A stretch of DNA of 64,000 nt. Source: Gemmatimonadaceae bacterium. Lineage in GTDB: Bacteria > Gemmatimonadota > Gemmatimonadetes > Gemmatimonadales > Gemmatimonadaceae. Made by a program: the position numbers and the translations under genes. The stretch covers positions 49,815-113,814 of the forward strand of contig JBGAJQ010000010.1 of assembly GCA_044224875.1 (NCBI GenBank). Reading direction: 5' to 3'. Positions 1 to 10,146 of this stretch are shown here, in pieces (position 1 is the stretch's first letter; each line of letters begins with the position of its first letter). Under the pieces are notes generated by a model. The model worked only from the letters and a program-made list of their open reading frames with translations, was not told the DNA's origin and ran no database searches.

Positions 1-480
1 GGGCGGGTATTGCAGGGCCAGACCGCTCACCGCTTGCCCGATGTTTCCCGTGGCGTCGGCCGGTACGCCTAACGCGCGAAGCAGGTGCGCCACGATGGCC
101 GTCACCGTGGACTTTCCGTTCGTTCCCGTGACAGCGATGTAGCGCAATCCCGGCATCAGGGACAGCGCCACTTCGACTTCGCTCACAATCTCGACGCCGG
201 CAGTGCGAGCACGTTGCAGCACCTCGGCATCGGGCGGCACACCGGGGCTGACGATCACCGTGGACGCCGCCGCCACGCGAGCCAAGTCATGGTGCCCGAC
301 GTCAACGTGTACGCCGACCGCCCGCAGGGACTCGGCGACCCGCGTGAGCGAGGGTGACGACCCAGCGTCTGACGCATAGACGCGTGCGTGATGCGAGCGG
401 AGCAGACGCGAGACGGCCTCGCCACTCCGGCCCAATCCAATGACCGCCTGCTCGCCCCGCAGCCAGCGTTCGTGCGTCAT
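1..480 (-). CDS. murD: UDP-N-acetylmuramoyl-L-alanine--D-glutamate ligase, 5' part (runs off window)
   Basis: Manual translation MTHERWLRGEQAVIGLGRSG...VIVSPG...AVTGTNGKSTVT; ATGA overlap with the mraY stop; dcw gene order. Not in the ORF track because it is open-ended. Confidence 0.93.
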   Translation of the reverse strand, partial: MTHERWLRGEQAVIGLGRSGEAVSRLLRSHHARVYASDAGSSPSLTRVAESLRAVGVHVDVGHHDLARVAAASTVIVSPGVPPDAEVLQRARTAGVEIVSEVEVALSLMPGLRYIAVTGTNGKSTVTAIVAHLLRALGVPADATGNIGQAVSGLALQYPP

Positions 481-1619
481 CGCAGCTTAAGGGTCGTGAG
501 CGCGACAAAGGCGCACAGGATACCCAGGATCCAGAATCGCACCACCACTTGAGTCTCCTTCCACCCCGATAGCTCAAAGTGGTGATGGAGGGGCGCTCGG
601 CGGAAGAGGCGGTTCTTCTGGGCGTATTCCACGCCGTACCGGCGGCGGCGGTACTTGAACACGGAGCGCTGCAGGATCACCGACACGGTCTCGGCCACAA
701 ACACCCCACCGATAAGCAGCAGCAGAAACTCGCTCTTGAGCAGGATGGCGATGGCGCCGATCGCCCCTCCCAGCGCAAGCGCACCGGTATCTCCCATCAT
801 GACCTGAGCCGGATGCGTGTTGAACCAGAGAAAGCCCACACAAGCACCGGCCAAGGCCATACAGTAGACCGTGAGCTCCCCGCTTCCCGGCAGGTAAAAC
901 AGCTGCAGGTACGCACTGGCATCTACGCGCCCCATCACGTAGGCAAACAAGGCAAAAGTCGTAATCGCGATCGACGAGAGCCCGGCGCTCAGTCCGTCCA
1001 GGCCGTCAGCCAGGTTGACCGAGTTGCTCGTCCCCGTCAGGATAAACGCCACCCAGCCAACGTATAGGACTTCGAGCGCGGCGGTGGCTGGCACCACGTA
1101 GACGTACTTGAAGAATGGCACCGTCGTGGCCGCACCGGGCAGCGGACCCAGCGGAAACTTCCACAGGACGAAGCCAATGAGCGCGCCGATAGACACCTGT
1201 CCGATCAGCTTGTAGCGCTCAACCAATCCCACATTCTCCTTCCCTTCCCGCTTCTGCTTCAGCTTCAGGTAGTCGTCGAGAAACCCTATTCCGCCCATCC
1301 ACACGGTGACCAGAAGTGCGACCAAGACGTATCGATTGTCCAGCCGGGTCCACAACAGGGTCGGCCCGACCGATGCGGCGAGAATGATGAGTCCTCCCAT
1401 GGTCGGCGTCGACGCCTTGACCTGGTGCGTGTCCGGCGTCCCCTCCCGCACCACCTGTCGCACCCGCAGCGCCTTCAAGCGCCGGATGATCGGCGGGCCA
1501 ACCAGGAACGACATCAACAAGGCCGTGACCGCCGCGGCGGCCGCACGCACGGAGATGTAGTTAATGAGCCGAAGCGTCGGGAAGTCGGCGACGAGGGGCG
1601 CAAGGAGGTAGTGGAGCAC
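477..1619 (-). CDS. mraY: Phospho-N-acetylmuramoyl-pentapeptide transferase
   Basis: TPTMGG, GFLDD, NSVNLADGLDGL, MGDTG and APLHHHFE motifs; multiple TM segments. Confidence 0.97.
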   Translation of the reverse strand: MLHYLLAPLVADFPTLRLINYISVRAAAAAVTALLMSFLVGPPIIRRLKALRVRQVVREGTPDTHQVKASTPTMGGLIILAASVGPTLLWTRLDNRYVLVALLVTVWMGGIGFLDDYLKLKQKREGKENVGLVERYKLIGQVSIGALIGFVLWKFPLGPLPGAATTVPFFKYVYVVPATAALEVLYVGWVAFILTGTSNSVNLADGLDGLSAGLSSIAITTFALFAYVMGRVDASAYLQLFYLPGSGELTVYCMALAGACVGFLWFNTHPAQVMMGDTGALALGGAIGAIAILLKSEFLLLLIGGVFVAETVSVILQRSVFKYRRRRYGVEYAQKNRLFRRAPLHHHFELSGWKETQVVVRFWILGILCAFVALTTLKLR

Positions 1620-1637
1620 CGGGCGGAGCCTAACGCG

Positions 1638-3029
1638 TTAAGGGTGAGGCGCGTCGGAAGCGCCGGGCCTGGCAACACCTGCAAAGTCGCGCAACATCGG
1701 TACAAGCCGTTCCAGCCGTGCCCCGCGAGAGCCCTTCAGCAAAACGATCGCGTTCGATGGGAGGTGCGGTCGCAACAGCGGCCATAACTGGTCAAACTCG
1801 GGCGCTGTCACCACGCGCGGCGCCCCCCGCGGTGCGTCGGCGAGCGCCGTCGCGAACGCGCCGACGCCAGCGACTACGGCACAACTGGACGCTAGCGCCC
1901 GATCGGCAATCTCCCGATGCAACGCAGCCGATCGCTCTCCCAGCTCCAACATGGAACCTAGCACCACGACATGCGGTCGTGTGCCATCCAGTCGATCGAG
2001 CAAGGCAAGCGCCTCACGCGCCGAGGCCGGATTGGCATTGTACGCGTCGTTGATCACGCTCAGACTCCCCATCTGTTCCCACGCGCCCCGCATCGGGAGT
2101 GGCGTCATCCGGGAGAGCCCTTCCAACGCCCGCTCGATCGGTACGCCGAGCGCGTCGGCAACAGCCAAAGCCAGCATCGCATTGCGGGCATTATGAGCTC
2201 CCCGCAGGGGCAGCGTCACCTGGACGTCGCCCACTCGAAGCCACACTGCTCCGTCGGGTGCGAGACCCCACGCGTTGGGGTGAAGGTCACCTCGTTCCAG
2301 CCCGGCTTCAACAGTTCGATGCGCCAGCGCCCGCGCGGCCGCTCCGACCTCCGGTTGCGACGCTGGTGCAATGGCCAGCGGGACGCCGCGGAATACAGAG
2401 GATTCTTCCACTAGCACGCCTTCTAGATCCCCGAGCCCCTCGAGGTGTTCTTCTCCAATCGACGTGACCACCGCGACGTCCGGCTCCACGATGCCACGCA
2501 ACACGTTGACTTCTCCGGGCCGATTGGTGCCAATCTCTATGACGGCGAGGTCGGCATCGTCCGGAATGTCCAACAGGGTCAGCGGTACACCGACAAAGTT
2601 GTTCAGGTTGCCCTCGGTCGCATGCACCTCGAACGCCACCCCTAACGCCGCCCGCACGAGTTCCTTGGTGCTGGACTTCCCGTTGGAGCCGGCGATGGCG
2701 ACGACCGGCTTGCTCCAGGCACGCCGGCGAAATCGCCCGAGCGCGCCGAGGGCCGCCAGGGTGTCGTGGACGGCGAGGACCGGCACGCCAGCTCCAACGG
2801 CTCGGGCAGGATCGGCAACCACCAGCAGCCCCGCACCCCGCGACAGCGCCTCGCGAAGGAAATCGTGCGCGTCGAAACGTTCCCCGCGCAGCGCAACAAA
2901 GATGTCGCCTGGCTGCAGCGACCGCGTGTCCGTCGACACCCGGCCCAATCTCGCCGTGCCTCGCGGCAAGGCACCCCAGGCTTCGTCGGCCAGTGCCTGG
3001 CTTACGAGATCCACGGTCCAGAAACTCAC
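1638..3029 (-). CDS. murF: UDP-MurNAc-tripeptide--D-Ala-D-Ala ligase
   Basis: STDTR, AIAGSNGKSSTK P-loop, NDAYNANP, LLKGSRG; position between murE and mraY. Confidence 0.95.
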   Translation of the reverse strand: MSFWTVDLVSQALADEAWGALPRGTARLGRVSTDTRSLQPGDIFVALRGERFDAHDFLREALSRGAGLLVVADPARAVGAGVPVLAVHDTLAALGALGRFRRRAWSKPVVAIAGSNGKSSTKELVRAALGVAFEVHATEGNLNNFVGVPLTLLDIPDDADLAVIEIGTNRPGEVNVLRGIVEPDVAVVTSIGEEHLEGLGDLEGVLVEESSVFRGVPLAIAPASQPEVGAAARALAHRTVEAGLERGDLHPNAWGLAPDGAVWLRVGDVQVTLPLRGAHNARNAMLALAVADALGVPIERALEGLSRMTPLPMRGAWEQMGSLSVINDAYNANPASAREALALLDRLDGTRPHVVVLGSMLELGERSAALHREIADRALASSCAVVAGVGAFATALADAPRGAPRVVTAPEFDQLWPLLRPHLPSNAIVLLKGSRGARLERLVPMLRDFAGVARPGASDAPHP

Positions 3030-4508
3030 GACGCCAGCCCCATGGCAAGCGAGAGCTCCTGCACGATCGCCCGTTCGTCGAACGGCAGCGTCGATGTTCC
3101 GCGAATCTGATATGTCTCGTGTCCTTTCCCGGCGAGCACCACCACATCGTTCGGCTTTGCCAGTTCCAGCGCTCGTGCAATCGCACGACGCCGATCTTCG
3201 ATCCGTTCGTGGGGACGCGTCATCCCACGCTCGATGTCGTCGAGGATTCGTTCGGGATCCTCGGTACGTGGGTTGTCACTGGTAACGATGGCAAGGTCAC
3301 CCTTCTTCTCGGCAATCGCGCCCATCAAAGGCCGCTTTCCACGATCGCGGTCACCACCGCAACCGAAGACCACCAGCAGTCGCCCCTCGACAAAAGGCCG
3401 CACGGCATCCAGTGCTCGCTCGAGCGCATCAGGTGTGTGCGCGTAGTCGCGGAGGACCACGGGCCGCTCCAACACGCGCTCCAGGCGCCCAGGCACCTGC
3501 GGCATACTCGAAAGGCGGGCCGCGATGTCCGTGGGGCTCATCCCCAGTGCCCACGCCGCCGCCGCCGCGCCCAACGCATTGGCCACGTTAAACTCGCCGA
3601 GGAGCGGGAGTTCGACCGCGACCCTCGCGGCACCTGGGGTCAACAGCTCAAACGCGCTGCCCCGCGATGTCGGGGTCAGGCGATCCGCGCGAACCTCCGC
3701 CTGTGCCGTAGTCCCGAACGTCACGCGTCGTGGAGCCGCCGGCAGGTCGCGCCAGACGGCATCGTCGGCGTTCACCACGGCTGTACCCTTTGCCGTGAGG
3801 TAACTCGTCAGCCGAAACTTGGACGCCACGTAGGACTCCATGGTCCCGTGGTAGTCGAGATGATCTCGCGTGATATTGGTGAACACCGCCGCCTGGAAGG
3901 CCAATCCGTCGACCCGGCGCTGCGCGAGGCTGTGCGACGACACTTCCATGGCCACGTACCGCGCCCTGCGATCGGCGATCACCCGCAGTAGACGTTGCAG
4001 CTCCACGGGACCCGGCGTGGTAAGTCCCCCGCCACCCGGGAGGACCTCGCCCTCGCTGCCGATCAGGACGCCCAATGTGCCGATCGACGCCGCCGGCGCC
4101 GAGTCCTCGTGGAACAGGTGCCGCAACATTCCGACGGTCGTGGTCTTGCCATTCGTTCCGGTGACGGCGATCAGCTGCAGGCTCACCGCGGGATGTCCAT
4201 AGGCGACAGCCGCCACGATCGCGGCCGCACGGCGGCCATCACGCACCTACCATTGCCGGCAAGGTCGTGCGGTGTTCATCCTCGACCACCGCCACGATCG
4301 CACCTGCGCGTGCCGCGGCATCGAGGTAGTCGTGTCCGTCGCGATCATGACCGTGCACCGCGATGAACAGCATCCCTGGTTTTACCTGACGACTGTCGTC
4401 GGTGACACTCGTCACCGATGGTGGCAGCGTACCGCGGCCGTGCACCAGGAGGTCCGCAGCCCGCAGGGCGTCCAGGACCGCGTCGGTCGAGACGGGGTGG
4501 GGTATCAC
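3026..4508 (-). CDS. murE: UDP-MurNAc-dipeptide--diaminopimelate ligase, with a +1 frameshift near 4247 (probable sequence error)
   Basis: ORF 4239-4508 gives the N-domain (DDSRQVKPG..DGHDY). ORF 3026-4246 gives VTGTNGKTT, MEVSSH, DYAHTPD, DNPR and GKGHE. Removing one base from ATG GTA G GTG CGT joins them. Confidence 0.93.
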
Positions 4509-6517
4509 GAACGCCAGAGCCTCACAAGGGTCCCGGCGCGGACCTTGGCCCCGGCCTCGGGAGCGGTCGCGCCGTCACCACTGCCGATGATAGACACCCG
4601 GACACCGGCGCGATGCAGCTCGCGGAGCGCGACACGGAGGGGCAATCCACGAACGTCGGGAACCGTCACGAGGGTGTCGGGGCGCGGAGTGTCCCGCATC
4701 GGGTTCGTCAGCTCAAATCGCACCGGCTCGCGCAACGGAGGTTCTGGAACGGTGTCCACCAGGGCGACATGCGCATTCGGGCGGATCGAGGTACTATCGC
4801 CTGGCCGCATCGCCTCAGGGAGCTGAGTAGCGGTCGGGTCGGGGGCCGGCGCGGGGGTTCGCGTCCGCTGTTCGGCCAGCGTACGCCGGTCCAGGTTCAC
4901 GCTGCGCGACGCGATGGCAGCTTCGATCACCTGCTTGGCCACCGGAGCGGCCGCCTTGCCGCCGTAGTACGTCTCGCGTGGATTGTCGATCTTGACTAGC
5001 ACGACGTACTGCGGATCCTGCGCCGGAAAGATTCCCACGAACGACGACGTGTAGAGCCCCGCGCCATAGCCGCGACCGGTGTTTCTCCTGGCCGTGCCGC
5101 TCTTCCCCGCCAGGTTGAAGGTCGACAGGCTGGCGTCGGTCGCCGTTCCACTGTCCACGACACTTTCCATGATCTGGCGCAAGGTCGACGAGGTGGCTGG
5201 CATCAAGACTTGCCGGACCACGCGCGGCGCATGCCGGTAGATTTCCCGGCCATCTGGATCCTGCACCGCCTTCACGATGGCCGGTTGCAGCAGCTTGCCG
5301 CCATTGGCGAGGGCCGCGTAGGCCACTGCCAGCTGCAACGGTGTCACCGCGATCTCATAGCCGATGGACAATGACGCGTGTGACTGTGCCGACCAACGGC
5401 GTGGCTCGCGGAGCGTCCCCGCCGCCTCCGACGAATAAGTCATCCCCGTGGGCGTACCGAAACCGTAGTCGCGCAGGAGTTCATACTGCTGACGGTCGCT
5501 GAGTCGTTCAGAGAATCGCGCGATGCCGACGTTGCTCGAAAACCGGATGACGTCTGCCAGCGACAACCGGGTGGCCTTATGCACGTCCGTGATCGTGCGT
5601 CCAGCAACGGTGTAGGTTCCGTTGTAGGTGTCGATGACTTCGTCGGGCCGCGCCAGCCCGCGCTCAATCAGCGCTCCAGCGTACAACGGCTTCAGGGTGG
5701 ACCCGGGTTCAAACGGTTCCGTGACGGCCGTTGCCGCGCCCACGCGCACCCCGGCACGGCGACTGGCGAGGCAGCGCACCTCACCGTCCCGCGGGTCCAG
5801 CACCACGATGTCCCCACCCTGCGCCCCGAGCCGGGCCGCCGCATCGGCCAACGCGCGATCGCAAATGTCCTGCAGCGCCAGTCCGATGGTGAGCGTGACC
5901 GTGTGACCTGGCCGCGGAAGCGTGGATAGGAGGTCCGGCGACTCGTACCGCTCGCCCTTGGGACCGCGAAAGGCTTGCGACCGCCCGCGCTCGCCCATCA
6001 ACAGCGAATCCAGAGCCAGCTCCAACCCTTCGACACCATGCCCACTGGCATCGGTCCGTCCGACAATTCGGCGCACGCCTTCGCTCAGCACGTACAAACG
6101 TTCACCGATCGCCTCCGAGTGTACGCCTGGCACCCGAACGAGGCCGGCGACGTCCGCGGGCTGGAACGTCTGGTGCAGCTCCACCCACTTGCGCTTCCGA
6201 TCGTTGACGCGCCGAAGCGACGTCTTGTCCACCCCCAAACGTTGTAACTGACGGGTGAGCTCGCGCAGGTCCTTCACTTCCGGCGGAGCGATCGAGAGCT
6301 TGACGCGCCCCTGGCTCCGTGCCAGTGCCGTCCCATCTGCATCCCGCAACTCACCTCTCGGTGCCGCCAGCGACGATTGGGCGTAGTGTTGACGCTCCGC
6401 TGCCATCGCCCAGCGCGACCCATCCACGAGCTGCACCTTGGCGGCACGGATCACCAGGGCCACGGCGAACAGCGCCAGGGCAATGTGGATGACGGAAATC
6501 CGGTTCAGCCGGATCAT
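4505..6517 (-). CDS. ftsI: Class B penicillin-binding protein with C-terminal PASTA domain
   Basis: N-terminal TM; EPGSTLK (SxxK), SSN and KSGT motifs; VPDVRG PASTA-like tail. Confidence 0.92.
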   Translation of the reverse strand: MIRLNRISVIHIALALFAVALVIRAAKVQLVDGSRWAMAAERQHYAQSSLAAPRGELRDADGTALARSQGRVKLSIAPPEVKDLRELTRQLQRLGVDKTSLRRVNDRKRKWVELHQTFQPADVAGLVRVPGVHSEAIGERLYVLSEGVRRIVGRTDASGHGVEGLELALDSLLMGERGRSQAFRGPKGERYESPDLLSTLPRPGHTVTLTIGLALQDICDRALADAAARLGAQGGDIVVLDPRDGEVRCLASRRAGVRVGAATAVTEPFEPGSTLKPLYAGALIERGLARPDEVIDTYNGTYTVAGRTITDVHKATRLSLADVIRFSSNVGIARFSERLSDRQQYELLRDYGFGTPTGMTYSSEAAGTLREPRRWSAQSHASLSIGYEIAVTPLQLAVAYAALANGGKLLQPAIVKAVQDPDGREIYRHAPRVVRQVLMPATSSTLRQIMESVVDSGTATDASLSTFNLAGKSGTARRNTGRGYGAGLYTSSFVGIFPAQDPQYVVLVKIDNPRETYYGGKAAAPVAKQVIEAAIASRSVNLDRRTLAEQRTRTPAPAPDPTATQLPEAMRPGDSTSIRPNAHVALVDTVPEPPLREPVRFELTNPMRDTPRPDTLVTVPDVRGLPLRVALRELHRAGVRVSIIGSGDGATAPEAGAKVRAGTLVRLWRS

Positions 6518-6520
6518 TCG

Positions 6521-6850
6521 TCAGCGCTCCCGTCGCGCAGGCCGCGGCAGGATCACCACCGCCGAGTCATTCGGCACGTGCAGTCCCAAGCGCGATTGGA
6601 CGCGATCGCCAAGCCGCGACAAACCCTCTTCGGAGACGATGTCGCTCTCCAACTGTAGTCGCTGTGATTCGAGCGCGTCGCGTGTGGCCGCCAGCTGCGC
6701 CAACGCACGCGCGGCCGCGGTCCCCTGCGTGCGGCGCCACACCACGCTGGCCGCCACGACGAGGAACACCGCGATGGTGACCGCCACGGTGCGACCGCGG
6801 CCACCAGAGCGCCGAGCACTGGAGGCTCGCCTTACGCCGCGCGCCGCCAT
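6521..6850 (-). CDS. ftsL: Cell division protein FtsL-like
   Basis: Basic N-terminus, single TM, coiled coil, 'RLGLHVP' end; lies between rsmH and ftsI. Confidence 0.78.
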   Translation of the reverse strand: MAARGVRRASSARRSGGRGRTVAVTIAVFLVVAASVVWRRTQGTAAARALAQLAATRDALESQRLQLESDIVSEEGLSRLGDRVQSRLGLHVPNDSAVVILPRPARRER

Positions 6851-7770
6851 GCACGTAGCCTCGCGCTGCGGGCGCGAACGTTTTGCTGAACCTCCCCCTC
6901 ACTTGCCGTGATCGGATGCCGCGTCAGCGTGATCCCCAGTGGCGCGCCACGACACGTGCACACCGGCTGTCGAGGCGGACAAACGCAGCGGGCACTCCAA
7001 TCACGAAACGCGTTCTTCACCAAGCGATCCTCTCCCGAATGATAGGCAATCACCACGAGGGTGCCGTCCGGTGTCAGCCGATCGCGCAGGTCTGGCAGGG
7101 CTCGCTCGAGGCCAGAGAGTTCATCGTTGACGGCAATCCGTACCGCTTGGAAGAGCCGCGCAAAATCCGACGGCCCGGTACGCGGTCCCAATGCCCCGCG
7201 AATGGCATTCACCAGGTCATCGCTGACCCTGAAGGGCTTGCTTTCGCGCCGCCGCACGATATCACGCGCCAATCGCAACGCACGTCGTTCGTCAGCGTAC
7301 TCCCGAAAGACAAAGGCCAACTCGCCTTCATCTGCGTCATTCAGGAAGTCCGCTGCGTCGCGCGTGGCGCCAACCCCCATGCGCATGTCCAGCGGCGCGC
7401 CCGGCCGGAACGAAAATCCCCGCGTCGCATCGTCCAGCTGGTGCGATGACACCCCGAGATCCAGGAGGATTCCCTCAAAGTGCTGCCCCGTCAGCTCGGA
7501 CCGATCCGGCAACTCGGCGTAGTTTGCGAGCACGGCATGGAACTGACCCGTCTGGACGTGGGCGCGCAGGCGCTCGGTGGCTTCCTCGATCGCCGCCGGA
7601 TCGCGATCGATGCCTGTCACGCGGGCCCCGCGCTCCAGCAGCGCGCTCGCGTGCCCACCACCACCCAGCGTGCAATCCAGCACGCGCCGCGAGTTCTGCA
7701 ACAACTCAACGACTTCTTGCGCCAAGACTGGCGCGTGATACGTGTGGTGAGATACCTGGGGGAGCGTCAC
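6832..7770 (-). CDS. rsmH: 16S rRNA m4C1402 methyltransferase
   Basis: HAPVL, DCTLGGGGH, LDLGVSSHQLD, PLDMRM, YHSGEDRLVK. Start placed at GTG 7770 because ATG 7782 overlaps the predicted -10 box. Confidence 0.96.
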   Translation of the reverse strand: MTLPQVSHHTYHAPVLAQEVVELLQNSRRVLDCTLGGGGHASALLERGARVTGIDRDPAAIEEATERLRAHVQTGQFHAVLANYAELPDRSELTGQHFEGILLDLGVSSHQLDDATRGFSFRPGAPLDMRMGVGATRDAADFLNDADEGELAFVFREYADERRALRLARDIVRRRESKPFRVSDDLVNAIRGALGPRTGPSDFARLFQAVRIAVNDELSGLERALPDLRDRLTPDGTLVVIAYHSGEDRLVKNAFRDWSARCVCPPRQPVCTCRGAPLGITLTRHPITASEGEVQQNVRARSARLRAWRRAA

Positions 7771-7780
7771 GGGACGCGTC

Positions 7781-7810
7781 ATTCTAGTGGGCGGCGGCGA
7801 CGCGAGTCAA
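7781..7810 (-). promoter_or_regulatory. Sigma70-type promoter of the dcw cluster (TTGACT-N18-TAGAAT)
   Basis: Near-consensus -35 and -10 hexamers read on the minus strand just upstream of rsmH. Confidence 0.65.
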
Positions 7811-7892
7811 GCCAATGCACGAGTGAGAGTTCTGCACATCCCGAGCATTGCCTGGAACCACGTTAGGCACTGAACGATGCGTCCTGAAACGA

Positions 7893-7928
7893 CGACGCCC
7901 GCCGAGTCGTTGGACTCGGCGGGCGTCG
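7893..7928 (-). terminator. GC-rich hairpin downstream of the TPR gene (likely intrinsic terminator)
   Basis: Perfect 16-bp stem CGACGCCCGCCGAGTC / GACTCGGCGGGCGTCG with a 4-nt loop; only a weak U-tract. Confidence 0.65.
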
Positions 7929-7951
7929 GCACATCGTTGAATCGAGGCGAT

Positions 7952-9664
7952 CTACTTGCAGACGGCTTTTCCAAGTTGATCCGAGTAGGCCGTGAGCTGG
8001 CCCAACCCGTCCATCATCGCCTTCGCCTGGTCAGGGAAGGCCCGTCCGCCGGCGGGAACGTGGATCTGCGCGTTCCCCAAATACCCCTGCGCTTTCTTCA
8101 GCGCATCGCAGCTCTTGTTCGGCGCCGCATCCGTCGTCAGGATCGTCTGGCCGATCGTGAGTTCGGTAGCACCCATAAGGAACTTGGCCGTTTCCGAGGC
8201 GCTCAGGGAGTCCGCCGCGTTCAGCACGCGCAGGGCGGCATCCCCATCGGCGACCGCCTTCGACGTCTGGAAGGCCTTGAACATGGCGTTCCCCTTCGTG
8301 AGCGCCATGCCGCCGGCAACTTTCTTGTCGTCTCCCGCTTCGACCGCCTTCCGCAGCGCGCCGAGCATCTCCTCGACCTTGTTCTGCTCGGAGTAGATCT
8401 GGGCGATCTGAAGGTTGACGCCCGGGGTCTTGGGATCCACCGCGATCACCTTGTTGAACGCCTCAATCGCCACGGGCCCCTGACCGGCCTGCCGAGCAAG
8501 CTGACCCTGAGTCATCAGCAAGGTGGTGTTCTGCGGGAACTTGGCCACGCCCTTGGACGCCGATTCAAACGCCTTGGCGAAATTGCTGTCGGCTACGTAC
8601 GCCGCGATCTGGCGCTGCCAGAACGTCGTGTCGGCGAACGCCGTGTCGGTTTTCACCAGCTCTTCGCCAACGGCCGCCGCACCCTTCCAATCCTTCATGG
8701 CGCGATACACGGTCCACTGCAGGCGGATGAGGGAGGGATCGCCCGGATTCTGACGAACCGCTTCGTCGATGATCGGCTTGGCGATCTCCGGCTTGCCGGC
8801 CGCGCCCAAGGCGTTCACGACGGTTTCTTGCAGGCGCGCGTTCGTTGGATCCGCAGCGAGCAACGTGGTGAGCGTCGTGATGTACTTGTCCTCCATCTTT
8901 TTCTCGTTGTACGCGTCGGCAACGAGCGCCAGCGCACGACGATTTTGTGGATTGATCTTCAGGATCTCTTCCGAAATCTTGATGATCGAATCCGCCCCGA
9001 ACTTGCGCGTATTCGCGATTTCCAGCGAACAGACGCGGGCATACACACTGTTCGGGTAGTCCTTGAGCGAACGATCAATGTCCTTCGCGGCATCCTCAAA
9101 CTTGTTCTGCCGCCAGTTGAGCATGCACGACTGACTTCCGGCCAGCTGCTTGCGAGACTTCTCGATTTCGTTCGAGAGCTGCTTGGCAATGTCGCCGAGC
9201 TTAGCCCCGGTGATCTTCGGCAGCGGTTGCACCATGCCGTCACCGCGCACGAGCAACATGCTCGCATCGAGCTCGAGACCACCCGCTGTCTTGCTGATCG
9301 TTCCGTCCACGTACTCTTCGGCGCGAAGTAGCTGCGCCAGCGCCCTGAGGTCGTTGGCGTTAAGCGCCTCGGTTTGAGAATACCCTGAGGCAACCAACGT
9401 GTTATCGATGTCTGACTTCGGGATGATCCACAGGGTGCGGAGCATGAAGTCATCACCCATCCGTTCTCGCACGGCCTCACCGGCCTGACGGCCTAAACCA
9501 GGCTCACTGGCCCGGAGAATTGGCACAAGGAACCGAGGACCGGGGGTTTGTCCGCGTTGCAGGGGGGCCTGCTGCTGCGCTCCCAAACTACGCCCCATGC
9601 TACTGGCGACGAGCGCAATGGACATTGTCGTGATTGCGCGCGTCAAGCGCTGCCATGCCTTCAC
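7952..9664 (-). CDS. Exported TPR-repeat protein
   Basis: GGAGG RBS; signal peptide ending LGA-QQQ; repeated helical TPR-like units. Confidence 0.8.
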   Translation of the reverse strand: MKAWQRLTRAITTMSIALVASSMGRSLGAQQQAPLQRGQTPGPRFLVPILRASEPGLGRQAGEAVRERMGDDFMLRTLWIIPKSDIDNTLVASGYSQTEALNANDLRALAQLLRAEEYVDGTISKTAGGLELDASMLLVRGDGMVQPLPKITGAKLGDIAKQLSNEIEKSRKQLAGSQSCMLNWRQNKFEDAAKDIDRSLKDYPNSVYARVCSLEIANTRKFGADSIIKISEEILKINPQNRRALALVADAYNEKKMEDKYITTLTTLLAADPTNARLQETVVNALGAAGKPEIAKPIIDEAVRQNPGDPSLIRLQWTVYRAMKDWKGAAAVGEELVKTDTAFADTTFWQRQIAAYVADSNFAKAFESASKGVAKFPQNTTLLMTQGQLARQAGQGPVAIEAFNKVIAVDPKTPGVNLQIAQIYSEQNKVEEMLGALRKAVEAGDDKKVAGGMALTKGNAMFKAFQTSKAVADGDAALRVLNAADSLSASETAKFLMGATELTIGQTILTTDAAPNKSCDALKKAQGYLGNAQIHVPAGGRAFPDQAKAMMDGLGQLTAYSDQLGKAVCK

Positions 9665-9751
9665 TTTGCTTACCTCCGAGACGTTGAACGTGCGATCAAG
9701 AAGTACCCCGACGATACTGTCGAGGTCCTGCGCTCACCTTACCCTGCACTA

Positions 9752-9825
9752 TGGGCGAAGAGGGACTCGAACCCCCGACTTCCTGCGTGTAAAGCAGGCG
9801 CTCTAACCAACTGAGCTATTCGCCC
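9752..9825 (-). tRNA. tRNA-Val (anticodon TAC); CCA not encoded
   Basis: GGGCGAATAGCTCAGTTGGTTAGAGCGCCTGCTTTACACGCAGGAAGTCGGGGGTTCGAGTCCCTCTTCGCCCA folds as a cloverleaf. Confidence 0.97.
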
Positions 9826-9910
9826 GCTTGGCCCTGCCGCCCCGCGCCCGTACTACCATGAACGAGAGAAAGTCGCGCTCCGCGGCGCGCCCGATATGTC
9901 GTTTCGAGAG

Positions 9911-10081
9911 CTACTTCAGAATCGCGATCGGAATGAGCACGCAATAACCAACGACCAGCAGAATCGGCGCGATCGTTTCCCCACCCCGCGCGAGGTCCGC
10001 AAACCCCAAGGCGATGGCGGCGATAGCAATGCCCCAAAACAAAAGTGGCCGCGAACGCGGCGACCGGCCAGCTTGAGCCAT
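9911..10081 (-). CDS. Small two-TM membrane protein (DUF3098-like)
   Basis: MAQAGRSPRSRPLLFWG...TIAPILLVVGYCVLIPIAILK; the C-terminal 'APILLVVGY..IPIAIL' pattern resembles DUF3098; promoter directly upstream. Confidence 0.65.
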   Translation of the reverse strand: MAQAGRSPRSRPLLFWGIAIAAIALGFADLARGGETIAPILLVVGYCVLIPIAILK

Positions 10082-10090
10082 AAGCGACGT

Positions 10091-10120
10091 AGTATGTCCA
10101 TCAACGGCGATGCGTGTCAA
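10091..10120 (-). promoter_or_regulatory. Sigma70-type promoter TTGACA-N18-CATACT
   Basis: Perfect -35; -10 lies 9 nt before ATG 10081; may also drive tRNA-Val. Confidence 0.65.
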
Positions 10121-10146
10121 GCACGCCCGACACAATCGGTTAGACG

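Noticed and set aside
4239..4260. Programmed frameshift or natural split of murE
   Set aside because: No slippery heptamer or stimulatory structure is evident, and many other indels occur in the window.
7877..9331. Long antisense or alternate-frame ORFs (also 15339-16436, 16494-18083, 36634-37914, 62680-63999 and others)
   Set aside because: They are shadows of well-supported genes on the other strand, as expected at high GC, and show no recognisable motifs.
9752..9825. tRNA-Val as an integration site of a genomic island
   Set aside because: No integrase, no duplicated tRNA 3' end seen, and no obvious composition shift.
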